DNA from: Bacteroidota bacterium
GTDB lineage: Bacteria; Bacteroidota; Ignavibacteria; UBA10030; SZUA-254
NCBI GenBank assembly: GCA_035635475.1
Contig: DASQAZ010000055.1
Coordinates: 9,035-73,034 of the forward strand
Length of the DNA: 64,000 bases
Reading direction: 5' to 3'
How positions within the stretch are numbered: position 1 is the stretch's first letter; the number at the start of each line of letters is the position of its first letter. Below the pieces are notes generated by a model that saw only the letters and a program-made list of their open reading frames with translations, was not told the origin of the DNA and did not search any database. The position numbers were made by a program, and so were the translations under genes. Positions 1 through 11,450 of the stretch are shown here, in pieces.

Positions 1-306
1 GTTTGTGACGGCGAGGGCGGCAAAAAAGACCGGATCGCGCGCCGAATGCGCCATCATACTCCCGGCCCATTTGGGATAGATCGTCACCGGCCGCGCCGGC
101 GAGAGTGAATTGTGACACTGCATACAGGTTTGAACCGAGTTGGCGGAATCGACGGTGCCCACCTGGGTGCCGGGTAAGGAGAGAAACGGGCTGCGCGGGT
201 TCTGATGTCCTCCGATTCCCAAGATCAGAATGATGGTAACTAGACAGACGGCCCCGGAGGCCACTCTCGCTGCGACGGACTGAAATCGGTGCGCGACCGG
301 GGGCAT
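1..306 (-). CDS. c-type cytochrome family protein, N-terminal part (gene continues past window start)
   Basis: Open-ended, so absent from the ORF track. Minus-strand ATG at 304-306, then MPPVAHRFQSVAARVASGAVCLVTIILILGIGG (hydrophobic anchor/signal), CMQCH (CXXCH heme-c motif) and WAGSMMAHSARDPVFFAALAVTN. Stays in frame to base 1. Confidence 0.55.
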   Translation of the reverse strand, partial: MPPVAHRFQSVAARVASGAVCLVTIILILGIGGHQNPRSPFLSLPGTQVGTVDSANSVQTCMQCHNSLSPARPVTIYPKWAGSMMAHSARDPVFFAALAVTN

Positions 307-328
307 CACAAGGGCCTCTCAATGTTCT

Positions 329-1180
329 CTAGGATCTACCCGATTCTTTCGAACGGCGGAGCTTTCGGTAATCGACCGGGCGTTTCTCAACGAAAGCGCG
401 GATTCCCTCTTTCACTTCATCCGATCCGGTATGAATGGTCAGCCAGTCGCGGGCGTGTCCGACGGTGATACCCCATGAAAAATCCCGCCAGAAATTCAAC
501 TGCTGTTTCGTGTAGCGCGTGCATTCGGGGAGCTTATCGATGAGTTTTTCCACCAGCTCGGTGACCGTTTTGTCGAGATTTTTTCGGGGGACGACGCGGT
601 TTACCAGGCCCCATTCGAGCGCCTTGGCGGCAGGGATTTCCTCACAGAGCAGCAGCATCTCCCGTGCCCTCCTGTCGCCGATAATAAGCGGAAGCCATTG
701 GGTGGCGCCTGCCGCAGGCACGCTGCCGCGGGCGACGCCCACATGCCTGATGAACGTGTCCTGGGCAGCCACCGCAAGATCGCACGACATCTGCAGCTCA
801 TTTCCGCCGCCAACGACCATGCCATTGATTCGGGCGATCGTCGGTTTTCCGATGTTCCGCAGTCGTTCAAAGGTCTCGATGAAAACTCCCATCCACTTGT
901 AAAAATCCGAAGGCCGGTCCATGAAATCCTTGGCCCACTCGCTTACATCGGCACCGGTGCAGAAGGCCTTCGAGCCGGCGCCGGTGAGGACTACAACCGC
1001 GACTTTATCATCCCAGCTCGCATCCTCGAACGCAGCAGCCAGATCGCGTAGTGTGCCCAAATTAAGCGCGTTGTGGACCTCCGGTCGATTGATTGTCACC
1101 GTGGCCCGGTAGTTGCCCTTTGTATAGAGAATATTGCGGAATTTCAGCGAAGAGGCGGGCCTGCCGGCGTAGACGCTCAT
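329..1180 (-). CDS. enoyl-CoA hydratase/isomerase (crotonase) family protein, MenB/BadI-like
   Basis: 283 aa. ITINRPEVHNAL, VVVLTGAGSKAFCTGADV, INGMVVGGGNELQMSCDL and GLVNRVVP are typical crotonase-fold motifs. Confidence 0.85.
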   Translation of the reverse strand: MSVYAGRPASSLKFRNILYTKGNYRATVTINRPEVHNALNLGTLRDLAAAFEDASWDDKVAVVVLTGAGSKAFCTGADVSEWAKDFMDRPSDFYKWMGVFIETFERLRNIGKPTIARINGMVVGGGNELQMSCDLAVAAQDTFIRHVGVARGSVPAAGATQWLPLIIGDRRAREMLLLCEEIPAAKALEWGLVNRVVPRKNLDKTVTELVEKLIDKLPECTRYTKQQLNFWRDFSWGITVGHARDWLTIHTGSDEVKEGIRAFVEKRPVDYRKLRRSKESGRS

Positions 1181-1479
1181 CCCTGGATCTCGCCGAAGAA
1201 CAGCGTGACGAGATCCGCTGCCGAACTCATCAGGTCTTTTGCCGCCGCCCGGCCCTCCGGAGACGCGTTTGCCGCATTCATGGCATCAATGGTATCGTAG
1301 TGCATCTCCGCCATCACATGATACCGCGATTCGCCGATCGGAGCGCCGGTGATCTTGGTAATCTCAAGTTTTCGAAGTCCGGGCGTCTTCCTGACAAGCG
1401 GTAGGTGCACGTCGTGATAATGCCGGTCGAACGCTTCAATATCGGGGGGTTTGCGGTACAGAGCGATGAGTTTTACCAT
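1177..1479 (-). CDS. EthD family protein
   Basis: 100 aa. MVKLIALYRKPPDIEAFDRHYHDVHLPLV resembles the EthD/TIGR02118 family. ATGA stop/start overlap with the downstream crotonase gene. Confidence 0.65.
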   Translation of the reverse strand: MVKLIALYRKPPDIEAFDRHYHDVHLPLVRKTPGLRKLEITKITGAPIGESRYHVMAEMHYDTIDAMNAANASPEGRAAAKDLMSSAADLVTLFFGEIQG

Positions 1480-1515
1480 GGCAACTTCGGAGGCGGAGGA
1501 TTGGGAATGATGTGT

Positions 1516-1544
1516 AATATAGCCAGAGGGGCCAAGAGAGTCAA
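1516..1544 (-). promoter_or_regulatory. sigma70-type promoter for the EthD-crotonase operon
   Basis: Minus strand reads TTGACT-N17-TATATT (-35 at 1544-1539, -10 at 1521-1516), about 37 nt upstream of the EthD ATG. Confidence 0.55.
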
Positions 1545-1552
1545 GGGGGAAA

Positions 1553-3556
1553 GTGGACTTTGCGGCGGATTATTGCTACCTTTTGTGCTCGGATTCCTAC
1601 TCCCAACCGGCACCACATCATCCTCCCATCGCCATACCTGTGAGAATCACTGCCAAGCGACTTGAGCTGATTGTCGGGCTGCTCATCTCGGCGGCCGGCC
1701 TGCTTCTGTATCTCGTGACGCTATGCCCCACCACCGATTTTATCGACGCCGGCGAGCTCTCCACCGTGGTCCTCACCCTCGGCATTGCCCATCCGACCGG
1801 CTATCCTCTGTTTACCCTCGCCGGCTGGCTGTTTGCCCGTCTCCCGATCCCCTTGAGAAGCATCGAGCAGATGAACCTCATGGCGGCCCTGTTCTGTTCC
1901 GCCGCCCTGTTCATGTACTTTCGGTTCTTCCTTTTCTTCCTCAGCACTCTCTCGGTCAAGAATCCGATCCCTTTGAGCGATCAGGATGGAAAAGTATCGG
2001 CCCGGGCAGTCACACGGGTGTTTATCCCGGCGGCTGCCGGGACGCTCCTTCTGGGTTTTTCCGAAACCTACTGGTCGCAGGCCCTCTCGATCGAGGTCTA
2101 TTCATTGCACCTGTTTCTCGTTGCCAGCGTGCTCTTTCTCTTTACAAAGGCAGTCGCGTCACACCTCCGCTGGTCCGATTCCAGGGTGACGGGCCTGCGC
2201 GAAGACGCGTACTGGTACGGATTCGCGTTCGTGCTCGGACTCGCGTTCACCAACCATATGACAACCATACTCCTTGCGCCCGGATTTCTCTACCTTTATT
2301 TTACCGCATGCCGGTTCACGCCGGAGTCGAGGAGGCGATTGCTCAGGCTCGTGCCGGTGTTCCTTGCCGGTTTCTCCCTTTACTTGTACCTCCCCTTTCG
2401 TGCATCTCAACAGCCGGTCATGAACTGGGGAAACCCCCTGGATCTCGAGCGGTTCCTCTGGCATTTTACGGGAAAGCAGTACAGGGTCTGGATTTTTTCT
2501 TCCACCGAAAGCGCGGCCCGGCAGCTCCGCTATTTTTTCGACTCCGTCCTCCCTGAGTTTGCCTACTTCCCCCTGGCGTTTGCCGCGATCGGAATCTGGA
2601 ACCTCTTCGCTCAGAGAAAACAGATGGCCATATTTACAACTCTGCTTTTTCTCGGGTGTCTCCTGTACTCGATCAATTACGACATTCATGATATCGATTC
2701 ATACTTTCTGCTGGCGTATATCACGATTGCCATCTGGGCCGCCGCCGGCGCCGCGAGCCTGGTTGGCGCAGTGAAGAATTCCCAAACGGCAAAACGGGTT
2801 GCGGCTGTTCTCCTGGCATCCTGCATGATCCCGATCGTCGTGAACTTCTCCAAGGTGGATGAGAGCACGTTGACCATCGTGGAGCATTATACGAAGGACA
2901 TGTTCAAGTCTGTGGAACCGAACGCGATTGTCTTGACCTACCAATGGGACTACTTCGTTTCGGCGTCGTATTATTTTCAGGTCATCGAAAACGTTCGCCC
3001 CGACGTTGTCGTTATCGATAAGGAACTGCTCCGCCGTTCATGGTATTTCTTGCAGCTCCAAAAGCGTTACCCCTGGTTGATCGAACGATCGCGGAGGGAG
3101 CTAGATGCCTACCTCGCCGAGTTACGGAAATTCGAACACGATCTCCCGTATGACCATGCCGCCATCGAGTTTCGCTACAACAGTCTGATCCACAGTTTTA
3201 TTCAAAAAAACTATTCATCGCGGCCCGTTTATGCCACCCCCGAATTGGAGGGACAGTATACTTCAGGTTACAGCCGGGTGCCATCGGGGCTCGCCTTCCG
3301 GCTCTTTGCCGATACTCTTTATCACGAGATTGTCCATCCCGGATATGCGTTCGAGGTCCCGACGAAGAAAAATAAATATGTAGACGGAATTGTGTCTCTC
3401 TATGGTCATTCCTTCTTCAATCGCGCCCTCTATCTAAACATGTTCGGCAAGAATGCCGCCGCCCTCGCATGCGTGGATTCGGCACTCCGGGTCGCACCCG
3501 ACATCCGGGAAGCCCAATTCTTGCGGGAGAAAATCCTTCGAAATGGCAGGTTTTAG
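1553..3556 (+). CDS. DUF2723 / TMEM260-like polytopic membrane glycosyltransferase-like protein with TPR-like C-terminus
   Basis: 667 aa ORF. TTDFIDAGELSTVVLTLGIAHPTGYPLFTL is the DUF2723 signature, and there are many TM segments. The true start may be the in-frame GTG at 1640. Confidence 0.75.
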   Translation: MDFAADYCYLLCSDSYSQPAPHHPPIAIPVRITAKRLELIVGLLISAAGLLLYLVTLCPTTDFIDAGELSTVVLTLGIAHPTGYPLFTLAGWLFARLPIPLRSIEQMNLMAALFCSAALFMYFRFFLFFLSTLSVKNPIPLSDQDGKVSARAVTRVFIPAAAGTLLLGFSETYWSQALSIEVYSLHLFLVASVLFLFTKAVASHLRWSDSRVTGLREDAYWYGFAFVLGLAFTNHMTTILLAPGFLYLYFTACRFTPESRRRLLRLVPVFLAGFSLYLYLPFRASQQPVMNWGNPLDLERFLWHFTGKQYRVWIFSSTESAARQLRYFFDSVLPEFAYFPLAFAAIGIWNLFAQRKQMAIFTTLLFLGCLLYSINYDIHDIDSYFLLAYITIAIWAAAGAASLVGAVKNSQTAKRVAAVLLASCMIPIVVNFSKVDESTLTIVEHYTKDMFKSVEPNAIVLTYQWDYFVSASYYFQVIENVRPDVVVIDKELLRRSWYFLQLQKRYPWLIERSRRELDAYLAELRKFEHDLPYDHAAIEFRYNSLIHSFIQKNYSSRPVYATPELEGQYTSGYSRVPSGLAFRLFADTLYHEIVHPGYAFEVPTKKNKYVDGIVSLYGHSFFNRALYLNMFGKNAAALACVDSALRVAPDIREAQFLREKILRNGRF

Positions 3557-3597
3557 GGGTTTCGGCGTTTTCCTTCGGCAAGTGGCATAAAAATTGT

Positions 3598-3626
3598 TTG
3601 ACTTTTTTGCGGAAAATAGTTATATT
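3598..3626 (+). promoter_or_regulatory. sigma70-type promoter upstream of the tRNA/rpmG/secE cluster
   Basis: TTGACT (3598-3603), 17-nt spacer tttttgcGGAAAATAgt, TATATT (3621-3626). Confidence 0.6.
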
Positions 3627-3830
3627 ATTTTTCTGAATCCCTAAATACCTTCCTCGCAAGGCAATATGACCCCCAAATTTCTAAAGCCCTTAGGATTGGC
3701 CGGAGGGGAGGGGGATTGTTTTTCTCATTCTGATCTGTTTGGTCAGAGTGGCGGATGGTGGTAGACTGAACCCGCGCCGGCGAGGTCGTCGAGGAAATTG
3801 AAAGCGCTCGACGGGACCGGCATCCTTGAT

Positions 3831-3903
3831 GCTGGCGTAGCTCAGTTGGTAGAGCAGCTGACTTGTAATCAGCAGGTCGTTGGTTCAATTCCGACCGCCA
3901 GCT
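3831..3903 (+). tRNA. tRNA-Thr (anticodon TGT)
   Basis: Hand-folded cloverleaf: GCTGGCG/CGCCAGC acceptor, GCTC-AGTTGGTA-GAGC D arm, GCTGA-CTTGTAA-TCAGC anticodon arm, GTTGG-TTCAATT-CCGAC T arm. 73 nt. Confidence 0.9.
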
Positions 3904-3979
3904 CGGCTAGATCGGGCGGCATCGGTGAGAAGTGGCGGCGAACGGGCAGCGTGGATAGGAAGGACGCACAGCAGTTTGC

Positions 3980-4062
3980 GGGCAGGTAGCGAAGTGGTCA
4001 AACGCAACAGACTGTAAATCTGTCGGCTTCGGCCTTCGGAGGTTCAAATCCTTCCCTGCCCA
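3980..4062 (+). tRNA. tRNA-Tyr (anticodon GTA), long variable arm
   Basis: GGGCAGG/CCTGCCC acceptor, ACAGA-CTGTAAA-TCTGT anticodon arm, 14-nt variable arm, GGAGG-TTCAAAT-CCTTC T arm. 83 nt. Confidence 0.9.
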
Positions 4063-4103
4063 CGGGTAAGTAATTATAGACGTCACGCAAGGCGGGATCA
4101 CAC

Positions 4104-4176
4104 GCGGGAGTAACTCAGTTGGTAGAGTCGCAGCCTTCCAAGCTGCTGGTCGCGGGTTCGAGCCCCGTCTCCCGCT
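4104..4176 (+). tRNA. tRNA-Gly (anticodon TCC)
   Basis: GCGGGAG/CTCCCGC acceptor, GCAGC-CTTCCAA-GCTGC anticodon arm, GCGGG-TTCGAGC-CCCGT T arm. 73 nt. Confidence 0.9.
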
Positions 4177-4189
4177 CGGAGAGCGGATT

Positions 4190-4262
4190 GCTTGCGTAGC
4201 TCAGTTGGTAGAGCACATCCTTGGTAAGGATGAGGTCATCGGTTCAATCCCGATCGCAAGCT
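4190..4262 (+). tRNA. tRNA-Thr (anticodon GGT)
   Basis: GCTTGCG/CGCAAGC acceptor, CATCC-TTGGTAA-GGATG anticodon arm, ATCGG-TTCAATC-CCGAT T arm. 73 nt. Confidence 0.9.
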
Positions 4263-4303
4263 CGTCAACGTGTTCTTGACCTCAGAAAGAAGGAAGCGAA
4301 GCC

Positions 4304-4453
4304 ATGCGAGATATCATTACCCTGGAGTGCTCGGAGTGCAAGCGGCGGAATTACACGACCACCAAGAATAAGAAGAAGCAGAGCGGACGGGTCGAGTACA
4401 AGAAATACTGCCCCTGGTGCAACAAGCACACACCGCATAAGGAAACCAAGTAG
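4304..4453 (+). CDS. rpmG: 50S ribosomal protein L33 (Cys-containing form)
   Basis: Below the ORF-track length cutoff. ATG 4304. [52 protein letters not shown] at 4451-4453. Confidence 0.9.
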   Translation: MRDIITLECSECKRRNYTTTKNKKKQSGRVEYKKYCPWCNKHTPHKETK

Positions 4454-4461
4454 GCGTTCAT

Positions 4462-4535
4462 ACGTCAGTAGCTCAATTGGCTAGAGCAGCGGTCTCCAAA
4501 ACCGCAGGTTGGGGGTTCAAGTCCCTCCTGACGTG
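4462..4535 (+). tRNA. tRNA-Trp (anticodon CCA)
   Basis: ACGTCAG/CTGACGT acceptor, GCGGT-CTCCAAA-ACCGC anticodon arm, GGGGG-TTCAAGT-CCCTC T arm. 74 nt. Confidence 0.9.
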
Positions 4536-4570
4536 CAGGGTTTAAGGCCGCAAATTTTGAAGGATCGGGG

Positions 4571-4753
4571 ATGAAAGAAAAAATTTTGGCGTTCTTTACG
4601 GACGTCGCGAAGGAGATGAAAAAGGTCACGTGGCCCCGCCCCGAGGAGCTGCGCGAATCGACATTTATTGTTCTCATCGTTTGCGGCGTGATCGCACTGT
4701 TTGTTTTTACCGTCGACTGGTTGATCAGCAATATTCTGAAGGTGATCTTGTAA
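4571..4753 (+). CDS. secE: preprotein translocase subunit SecE
   Basis: 60 aa, single C-terminal TM. KEMKKVTWPRPEEL motif. Located immediately upstream of nusG. Confidence 0.85.
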   Translation: MKEKILAFFTDVAKEMKKVTWPRPEELRESTFIVLIVCGVIALFVFTVDWLISNILKVIL

Positions 4754-4763
4754 GGATGATTCG

Positions 4764-5312
4764 GTGAGCGATCAACCCCAGGAAAAGCGTTGGTATGCGG
4801 TCCGGACCTATTCCGGGCACGAGAACAGGGTGAAGGCGCACCTCGAGAACGAGGTGAAGCTCGCGCACCTGGAAGACCGGATTTCCGCGGTCCTCGTTCC
4901 GGCTGACAAGATTTTTGAAGTCAAAGACGGGAAGAAGAAAAGCAAGACCAAAACTTTTTTCCCGGGCTACATCCTGATTGAGGCGCTGCTCGATAAGGAA
5001 TCGAAGTATTTGATTCTCAACACGCCATCGGTCATCAGCTTCGTGGGTCCGAGGAACGAACCGACCCCGCTGCAGGCCGATGAAGTCAGGCGCCTCCTGG
5101 GCCGTATGGAAGAGCGGAAGGATGTCGAAGTCGTGGAGGTTCCGTTCAGAGTCGGCGAGGCGGTGAAGGTGGTCGACGGGCCGTTTAACAACTTCACCGG
5201 CTATGTCCAGGACGTCAACGAGGAAAAGATGAAGCTGAAGGTGATGGTGAGCATCTTCGGCCGCAAGACGCCGGTTGAGCTGGATTTCAACCAGGTCGAG
5301 GTTGAAGGATGA
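4764..5312 (+). CDS. nusG: transcription termination/antitermination factor NusG
   Basis: 182 aa. WYAVRTYSGHENRVKAHLE (NGN) and KOW region FRVGEAVKVVDGPF. GTG start. Confidence 0.95.
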   Translation: MSDQPQEKRWYAVRTYSGHENRVKAHLENEVKLAHLEDRISAVLVPADKIFEVKDGKKKSKTKTFFPGYILIEALLDKESKYLILNTPSVISFVGPRNEPTPLQADEVRRLLGRMEERKDVEVVEVPFRVGEAVKVVDGPFNNFTGYVQDVNEEKMKLKVMVSIFGRKTPVELDFNQVEVEG

Positions 5313-5339
5313 TCTCATGTATCATGGAATGAAGAAAGC

Positions 5340-5762
5340 ATGAAGAAGGTAACCGGATTTATCAAACTGCAGATCGCCGCCGGGCAGGCGAGTCCCGCCC
5401 CGCCGATCGGCCCCGCGCTCGGCCAGAAGGGCGTGAATATCATGGAGTTTTGCAAACAGTTCAATGCAAAGACTCAGGACAAGCAGGGCCTTATCATTCC
5501 GGTCGTCATTACAGTTTTCTCAGACAAGTCGTTTACTTTTATAACGAAGACCCCGCCGGCCTCCATCTTGCTGGCAAAAGCGGCGAAAGTCGAGAAGGGC
5601 TCGGGGGAACCGAATCGCACCAAGGTTGGCACGGTCACAAAAGCCCAACTGCGCGAGATCGCGGAAATGAAAATGCCCGACCTGAATGCGAATGACATCG
5701 ATGCGGCAATGAGAATGATCGCGGGAACAGCCCGTAGCATGGGCATTACAGTCGAAGGATAG
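5340..5762 (+). CDS. rplK: 50S ribosomal protein L11
   Basis: 140 aa. [35 protein letters not shown]. Confidence 0.97.
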   Translation: MKKVTGFIKLQIAAGQASPAPPIGPALGQKGVNIMEFCKQFNAKTQDKQGLIIPVVITVFSDKSFTFITKTPPASILLAKAAKVEKGSGEPNRTKVGTVTKAQLREIAEMKMPDLNANDIDAAMRMIAGTARSMGITVEG

Positions 5763-5781
5763 CTCGAACGGGGAACGACCT

Positions 5782-6477
5782 ATGAACAAGAGCAAACGAT
5801 ACAGAGCGGCGCTGAAGAAAGTGGAGCAGAAGAAAAGTTACACCATCGAGGAGGCCGTCAGTCTTGTAAAAGAGATGGCTACGGCGAAATTCAACGAGGC
5901 CGTCGACATCGCGGTGCGTCTCGGAGTCGACCCGAAGAAAGCCGACCAGGCTGTCAGAGGGACCGTCGCGCTGCCGCACGGGATCGGGAAGGCCGTCCGC
6001 GTCCTCGTGCTTGCCAAACCTCCGAAAGACGAGGAAGCACGGAAGGCGGGGGCGGATCACGTCGGTTTCCAGGATTATATCCAGAAAATTCAGCAGGGAT
6101 GGGCAGACGTGGATGTCATCATCGCAACGCCCGATACGATGGCCGAGGTCGGAAAGCTCGGCAAAGTGCTCGGCCCCCGCGGCCTTATGCCGAATCCGAA
6201 GAGCGGCACCGTCACCATGGACGTCGGCAAGGCGGTCGCCGAAGTGAAGGCTGGAAAGATTGAATTCCACTTCGAGAAGGCGGGCATTGTTCATGCGATC
6301 GTGGGAAAAGCCAACTTCGATCGGGAGAAACTGATTGAAAACGTCGAGGCATTCCTGAATACGGTTGTCCGGGCCAAGCCGACCAGCGCGAAGGGCCAGT
6401 ACATCAGAAGCATCGCGCTCTCGACGACGATGAGTCCCAGCGTCCGGATTGATCGGGCGGTTTTCGGAGCGCACTAA
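5782..6477 (+). CDS. rplA: 50S ribosomal protein L1
   Basis: 231 aa. [31 protein letters not shown]. Confidence 0.97.
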   Translation: MNKSKRYRAALKKVEQKKSYTIEEAVSLVKEMATAKFNEAVDIAVRLGVDPKKADQAVRGTVALPHGIGKAVRVLVLAKPPKDEEARKAGADHVGFQDYIQKIQQGWADVDVIIATPDTMAEVGKLGKVLGPRGLMPNPKSGTVTMDVGKAVAEVKAGKIEFHFEKAGIVHAIVGKANFDREKLIENVEAFLNTVVRAKPTSAKGQYIRSIALSTTMSPSVRIDRAVFGAH

Positions 6478-6503
6478 AGGATCTGAAAGAATACGAGGGA
6501 ACC

Positions 6504-7025
6504 ATGAATCGTTCTGAGAAAGAACAGATCATATCCGCGATGAAGGAGAAGGTGTTGCGGGCGAAGAGCCTGTTCCTCGCCGACTTTACGGGCATCACCG
6601 TCGAACAGATCACCGAGCTGAGACGGGAGTTCAGGAAATCGAACATCGACTATCATGTCGTGAAGAACACGCTGGCGCGCAAGGCCCTTGAGAGCATCGA
6701 GGGATATGACAAGGTTCTCGACAAGCTGGTGAGCCCGACTGCGATCGCCTTTGGCTTCGACGATCCCGTGGCCCCGGCAAAGATCATCAAGAAATTTCGC
6801 GACAAGCATGAGAAACTGACGGTCAAAGCGTGCGTGATCGAGATGCAGGTGTTTGAGGGGAAGGATCTCGATCGGCTTGCCAAGCTCCCGTCCAGAGGGG
6901 AGCTGGTTGCCGGTATCCTGGGCAGCATTCAGTCCCCGATCGCAGGAGTGGCCGGCGCCGTGGGAGCTATGATGAGAGACCTCGTCAATATTATGGACGC
7001 CATCGAAAAGAAAAAAGCGGCCTAG
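6504..7025 (+). CDS. rplJ: 50S ribosomal protein L10
   Basis: 173 aa. Position between rplA and rplL. LFLADFTGITVEQITELRREFRK. Confidence 0.95.
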   Translation: MNRSEKEQIISAMKEKVLRAKSLFLADFTGITVEQITELRREFRKSNIDYHVVKNTLARKALESIEGYDKVLDKLVSPTAIAFGFDDPVAPAKIIKKFRDKHEKLTVKACVIEMQVFEGKDLDRLAKLPSRGELVAGILGSIQSPIAGVAGAVGAMMRDLVNIMDAIEKKKAA

Positions 7026-7073
7026 GTCGGACCGCAAGAATTTCATTCACAATCGTACAAGGAGTACGCCACC

Positions 7074-7457
7074 ATGTCAGAAGTTCAGGAAATCGTAGAA
7101 AAAATCGGTAAACTCACCCTCATCGAAGCATCGGAGCTGAAGAAAGCTCTCGAGGAGAAATTCGGGGTCACAGCGGCCGCGCCGATGATGATGGGCGGGA
7201 CTTTAGCGGCTGCGGGCGGTGCGCAACCGGCGGCGGTTGAAGCACAGACCGAGTTCACCGTCGTGCTGAAGAGCGCGGGGGCGCAGAAGATCAACGTCAT
7301 CAAGGTGGTGCGGGCCGCAACGGGGCTCGGACTCAAGGAAGCGAAGGATCTTGTCGATGGCGCACCCAAGAGTGTGAAGGAGGGGGTGTCCAAGGACGAC
7401 GCGGAGAAACTGAAAAAGGAGCTTGAAGAGGCCGGCGCGCAGGTCGAGTTGAAATAG
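7074..7457 (+). CDS. rplL: 50S ribosomal protein L7/L12
   Basis: 127 aa. Ala-rich hinge and [23 protein letters not shown]. Confidence 0.97.
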   Translation: MSEVQEIVEKIGKLTLIEASELKKALEEKFGVTAAAPMMMGGTLAAAGGAQPAAVEAQTEFTVVLKSAGAQKINVIKVVRAATGLGLKEAKDLVDGAPKSVKEGVSKDDAEKLKKELEEAGAQVELK

Positions 7458-7497
7458 ATCGCCCCGCTATCGTCAACAGGCTCCGGAATGAGAACGG

Positions 7498-7523
7498 TTC
7501 TCCGGTGCACGAGAATTTTTTTT
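7498..7523 (+). terminator. weak intrinsic terminator/attenuator candidate after rplL
   Basis: TTCTC (7498-7502), loop CGGTGCAC, GAGAA (7511-7515), then T8 (7516-7523). The TTCTC arm can alternatively pair with the upstream GAGAA at 7490-7494. Confidence 0.3.
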
Positions 7524-7564
7524 CATAACCCAAAATTCAGATAACGTTGGCAACATACTCATCG

Positions 7565-7620
7565 ATGAAAATGGCACCGGTAGTCAATATCACAATTGGT
7601 TATCGGTGTGCTGTTTTCAT
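7565..7620 (+). promoter_or_regulatory. long imperfect hairpin in the rpoB leader
   Basis: ATGAAAA...CACCGGTA (7565-7582) pairs with TATCGGTG...TTTTCAT (7601-7620). About 15 bp with one internal loop and a 17-18 nt apical loop. Confidence 0.35.
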
Positions 7621-7653
7621 TGAGCAGCCATCAATATTAATGAGGTCAAGCAC

Positions 7654-11430
<3,777 letters not shown>

Positions 11431-11450
11431 CGAAAACGGAGAGTCGGACA

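Noticed and set aside
3666-3764. 32-codon ORF (MTPKFLKPLGLAGGEGDCFSHSDLFGQSGGWW) in the tRNA leader
   Set aside because: No Shine-Dalgarno sequence, Gly-rich composition derived from the G-rich tract, and no reason to believe it is translated.
4263-4570. rpmG sandwiched between tRNA-Thr and tRNA-Trp, upstream of secE-nusG; Thr-Tyr-Gly-Thr tRNA order
   Set aside because: A real arrangement, but a conserved, already familiar one. The Thr-Tyr-Gly-Thr order matches the E. coli thrU-tyrU-glyT-thrT cluster. rpmG and tRNA-Trp preceding secE-nusG is seen in several phyla. It is not novel.
3625-4731. Track ORFs 3625-3888(-), 3798-3989(+), 3907-4101(-), 4221-4484(+) and 4465-4731(-)
   Set aside because: All run through the tRNA genes and/or rpmG/secE in the wrong frame or strand. 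The tRNAs fold perfectly and L33 and SecE are recognisable.
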